IMG/VR virus record: IMGVR_UViG_3300023108_002122
Direction: 5' to 3' (one strand)
DNA from: an uncultured virus (IMG/VR IMGVR_UViG_3300023108_002122)
Taxonomy: Duplodnaviria; Heunggongvirae; Uroviricota; Caudoviricetes
Length of the DNA stretch: 20,000 nucleotides
Below are positions 16,465-20,000 of the stretch, one piece after another. Made by a program: the position numbers and the translations under genes. How positions within the stretch are numbered: the stretch's first letter is position 1; every line of letters begins with the position of its first letter. The notes under the pieces are model-generated. The model did not search any database, had not been told where the DNA came from, and saw nothing but the letters and a program-made list of their open reading frames with translations.

Positions 16465-19400
16465 ATGCCAATTAATACAGATTTAAACATAGCACCATAT
16501 TTCGATGACTTCGATATAGAAAATCAATTCTATAAGATATTGTTTAAACCTGCATATGCGGTTCAAGCAAGAGAATTAACTCAACTTCAAACTATTTTAC
16601 AAAACCAAGTAGAGCAATTTGGAGATAATATTTTCCAAGATGGAAGTATTATTAAAGGTTGTACATTTACTGATTTGGACGGTTTACAATATGTTAAAGT
16701 AGTTGATAAATCTGGTGTTGATGTACAAACACTTATTGGTGGTGCAGATACAGATATTATTGGTGGTGTTGAAACAGAAATTGATGTTGCATATGAATTA
16801 GAAGGTGTACAATCTGGACTTAAAGCAAATATTGTTTCTGCTACTCGTGGATTTGAAACTCGTCCACCTAATTTAAATACTTTCTATATTAACTATACAA
16901 ATTCAAATGAAACTGGCGGTTATAAACAGTTTATTGCTGGTGAGCAATTAAGAATTAATCGTTACAAATATAATGGTGGAGCAATTTATAGCTCAGAATT
17001 AAATATAGAAAATATTAACGTTACATTACAAACAGATCCAGTTGGTAAATCATTTGGTATTCAATCATCTGCTGGTGTAATTTTCCAAAAAGGTCATTTC
17101 TTATTTTCTGATGCACAAACATTAATTGTTTCTAAGTATGACGATAATCCTGATGGTGTATCTGTTGGCTTTGAAGTAAAAGAAGAATTAATTTCATCAT
17201 TACAAGATCCATCTTTATATGATAATGCAAATGGATCATCTAATGAAAACGCGCCGGGTGCAGATAGACTCAAATTAATCCCATCATTAGTTACTAAAGA
17301 CACAACTCTTGCAGATGTTGACTCTAATTTCTTTTCATTAATAAGATATAAAAATGGAGCTGCTGTTACGTTAAGAGATGTTTCTCAATTTAATTCTATT
17401 GCAACAGAACTTGCAAATAGAACATATGAAGAATCAGGTAACTATGTTGTTGAAAGATTTAAAGTTAATGCAGAACGTAGAAATAATGTATTAAATGCAT
17501 TAGTTGGAAAAGGTATTGCATATGTCAAAGGTTATAGAGTAGAACAAAGAGGTGATTCTAATTTTGCAATTGATGAAGTTGCAAATACATTTACACAATC
17601 AAGTGCTACATCATTTAATTATGGTGCATATGTAAATATTACTACTGCAAATACTGGAAGTCAACTTAATTTAGAATATGATCCAGTTGATTTAATTAAT
17701 TCAAGTAATGCAAAAATTGGTACAGCATTTGTAAGAAATATTACGCCGAGTGAAGTATACTTATTTGCTGTTAATATGACAGGAAGTAATTCTATTAAAG
17801 ATGTTGTTTCAATTAATAACAATTATTTAAATGCTGATAAAGTAGGTATTGATGCCAGTTCAATTTTACATGAACAACATAAAGCTCCTGCTATTTTCCC
17901 AACCGGTACGTCAAGTATAAAATCTATTACAAATATTAATTTACCAGTAAGAGTAAGTAAAGACATTACAGGTATTGCTGCTAATCAATTTACTGTTGTT
18001 GCAGATGCGGATACAGATTTTGCGGTAGAAAATACTGATATGTTATTTGTAGATGCTTCTAATAAGATTATTCCTATTACAAATTATACTACTTCAAATA
18101 ACAATACAGAACTTAATATTGATTTAGATCCTGCCTATAGTTCAGATTCATCTGGTAAACTCTATTATAATATTAGAAAAGTTGGTGTTGAGCCATATAA
18201 TAAAGTTGCAGTTGAGCCATATATTAAAGTTAATTTTACATCAGCAACAACTAAATACAGTTTAGGTTTTCCTGATGTAGTTGAGATTATGTCTGTACAA
18301 GATACAGCATTAACAGAATATAAAGACAGTTTTAGATTACAAACAAATCAGAAAGATGGATACTATGATATATCATACATGGAATATATTCCAGGTAGAC
18401 CATTACCGGCAAACGGCGTATTAACTATTCAACTTAAAGTATTCCAATTAAATACTTCTACAGGTGATTATTTCTTTAATGTTAATAGTTATCCTGTTGA
18501 TGATACATCAACTTCATTGCCTGCAGGTAAAATTCGTTCTTGGAGTATTCCAGTATATACAGGCAAAAATGGAATAGAATATAATTTAAGAGAATGCTAT
18601 GACTTTAGACCTTACGTTAATAAAGACGCTTTAGCAGATTATAATCAACTAACTCCAGCTTCTGCTCCTACAATTACAACTGCGGTCGGAGCATATACAG
18701 TTTCGTTTAGTGATAATGCTGGTAATCATGTTATTCCTGCTCTTAATGGTAATTCAAATGCAGATATAGAAGCATATAATAAGAGAATTGATGTAATTAC
18801 TATGAACTCTTATGGTATTCTTAATTTAGTAAAAGGTAATGAAGCAGATCGTCCTATTCCTCCAAAAACTAGTGAAGGTGAATTGGCAATTTGCACAATT
18901 ACTATTCCAGGTTATCCTGCATTAAGTCCTAAAGAAGCGGCTGAACAAAATAAAAGAGATTATGCAATTAAAACTCAAGCATCAGGTACCGAAGGTTATA
19001 CGATGCGAGATATTGCAAAGATTGAAAGAAAAGTAGAAAGTTTAGAATACTATATTAGTTTAAGCCAATTAGAACAAGATACAGAAAATCTTCTTGTACT
19101 TGATGAAAATGGTTTAACTAGATTTAAGAATGGTTATGTTGTAGATCCATTTAAAGATTTAAATATTGCAAATCTTATTGATCCTGAATTTAATGCAGCA
19201 GTTATGTCTGATAGAGAGGTATTGACTCCTAAACAAAATCATTTCCCATTAGATTTAAAATATAAGAGTGGATCGAATGCCTTACCTTGGCCAACATCAA
19301 ATAATCCTGAAGTTGGAACATTAAGTAGAAATGCACATGTAGAATTACTTGGACAAAAATATGCAACTAATTATAGAAGTTGTGTAAGTAATTACTGGAA

Positions 19401-20000
19401 ATACGATGGTATTGGACAACTTTCTCCGCAATGTGATATTTTACCTGATGTTGATACTAACCCAGAAAAAATTGAATTAGATTTAGCAACTCCATTTAAA
19501 GATTTTGTAACTCAATTCCAAAAATTTTATCCATTAACTAAAACAGATTGGAAAGAAATTGTTGGTACTGTACAAATTGGTGATCCAAATGTTTGGCAAA
19601 GAACAGAAGTACAAAGAGGTATTGAATCACAGTTAGAAGTTGGCACAGGAAAAACTAAAAAGATTTTTGATGGATCATTTGTAACTGATGTTGCATTTGA
19701 ACCTTATATGAGATCTAAAGAAATTAAAATATTTGTTTCAGGACTTCGTCCCAACACAAGACATTATTTTTATTTTGATGGAGAAGATGTAAGTTCATTT
19801 ATGTATAATGGAACAAATGTAACAGATGCAGCTGAGATCGAAAAACTTGGAGCAATTGGACAGCCAATTAAGGGACCAAATAATGAAGATATCTATCCAG
19901 GTACAACAGATGATGATGGTGTATTAACTGCAGTATTTGGTCTACCAGGTGGTAAATTCTTTGTTGGCGAAAGAGTATTAACTATTGTTGATGTTCCAAC
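16465..20000 (+). CDS. Large VrlC/DUF4815-type virion structural (baseplate/fibre) protein, more than 1178 aa, truncated at the window end
   Basis: ATG at 16465 after AAGGA. MPINTDLNIAPYFDDFD..FYKILFKPAYAVQARELTQLQTILQNQVEQFGDNIF, LYDNANGSSNENAPGADRL, RTYEESGNY, YDFRP, YTMRDIAKIERKVESLEYYISLSQLE, RFKNGYVVDPF, GLRPNTRHYFYFDG. The same frame reads at the window edge (TIVDVP). Confidence 0.88.
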   Translation, partial: MPINTDLNIAPYFDDFDIENQFYKILFKPAYAVQARELTQLQTILQNQVEQFGDNIFQDGSIIKGCTFTDLDGLQYVKVVDKSGVDVQTLIGGADTDIIGGVETEIDVAYELEGVQSGLKANIVSATRGFETRPPNLNTFYINYTNSNETGGYKQFIAGEQLRINRYKYNGGAIYSSELNIENINVTLQTDPVGKSFGIQSSAGVIFQKGHFLFSDAQTLIVSKYDDNPDGVSVGFEVKEELISSLQDPSLYDNANGSSNENAPGADRLKLIPSLVTKDTTLADVDSNFFSLIRYKNGAAVTLRDVSQFNSIATELANRTYEESGNYVVERFKVNAERRNNVLNALVGKGIAYVKGYRVEQRGDSNFAIDEVANTFTQSSATSFNYGAYVNITTANTGSQLNLEYDPVDLINSSNAKIGTAFVRNITPSEVYLFAVNMTGSNSIKDVVSINNNYLNADKVGIDASSILHEQHKAPAIFPTGTSSIKSITNINLPVRVSKDITGIAANQFTVVADADTDFAVENTDMLFVDASNKIIPITNYTTSNNNTELNIDLDPAYSSDSSGKLYYNIRKVGVEPYNKVAVEPYIKVNFTSATTKYSLGFPDVVEIMSVQDTALTEYKDSFRLQTNQKDGYYDISYMEYIPGRPLPANGVLTIQLKVFQLNTSTGDYFFNVNSYPVDDTSTSLPAGKIRSWSIPVYTGKNGIEYNLRECYDFRPYVNKDALADYNQLTPASAPTITTAVGAYTVSFSDNAGNHVIPALNGNSNADIEAYNKRIDVITMNSYGILNLVKGNEADRPIPPKTSEGELAICTITIPGYPALSPKEAAEQNKRDYAIKTQASGTEGYTMRDIAKIERKVESLEYYISLSQLEQDTENLLVLDENGLTRFKNGYVVDPFKDLNIANLIDPEFNAAVMSDREVLTPKQNHFPLDLKYKSGSNALPWPTSNNPEVGTLSRNAHVELLGQKYATNYRSCVSNYWKYDGIGQLSPQCDILPDVDTNPEKIELDLATPFKDFVTQFQKFYPLTKTDWKEIVGTVQIGDPNVWQRTEVQRGIESQLEVGTGKTKKIFDGSFVTDVAFEPYMRSKEIKIFVSGLRPNTRHYFYFDGEDVSSFMYNGTNVTDAAEIEKLGAIGQPIKGPNNEDIYPGTTDDDGVLTAVFGLPGGKFFVGERVLTIVDVP

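Noticed and set aside
3538..17303. Short minus-strand ORFs (3538-3729, 4668-4880, 8129-8362, 11224-11451, 12148-12402, 14019-14213, 14628-14828, 17094-17303)
   Set aside because: All lie antisense to well-supported structural genes and have no recognisable motifs, so they are likely shadow ORFs.
1..20000. CRISPR arrays, tRNAs, introns/inteins, DGR repeats or intrinsic terminators
   Set aside because: None recognised by eye. Intergenic gaps are at most about 66 nt with no GC-rich hairpin plus U-tract, and no near-identical DNA repeats were seen.

Overview
AT-rich window from a T4-like myophage, covering the late-expressed baseplate/tail module. Minus strand: head-completion nuclease gp4 and the first codons of the next gene (probably gp2). 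Plus strand, tightly packed: gp48, a gp53 split into two in-frame ORFs, a gp27-like hub, gp5, a helical protein with a C-terminal M15 peptidase domain, gp25, gp6, gp7, a gp9/10-like fibre protein, a subtilisin (S8) protease, gp8, and a large VrlC/DUF4815-type protein that runs off the right edge and is missing from the ORF track. T4 late promoters (TATAAATA) lie in the intergenic gaps. The most notable feature is that three different hydrolases are encoded among the baseplate genes: a lambda-type (GH104-like) lysozyme at the C-terminus of gp5, an M15 peptidase, and an S8 protease with an intact catalytic triad in a two-gene cassette between gp7 and gp8. All assignments come from motif recognition and synteny by eye; no searches were run, so novelty is unverified.
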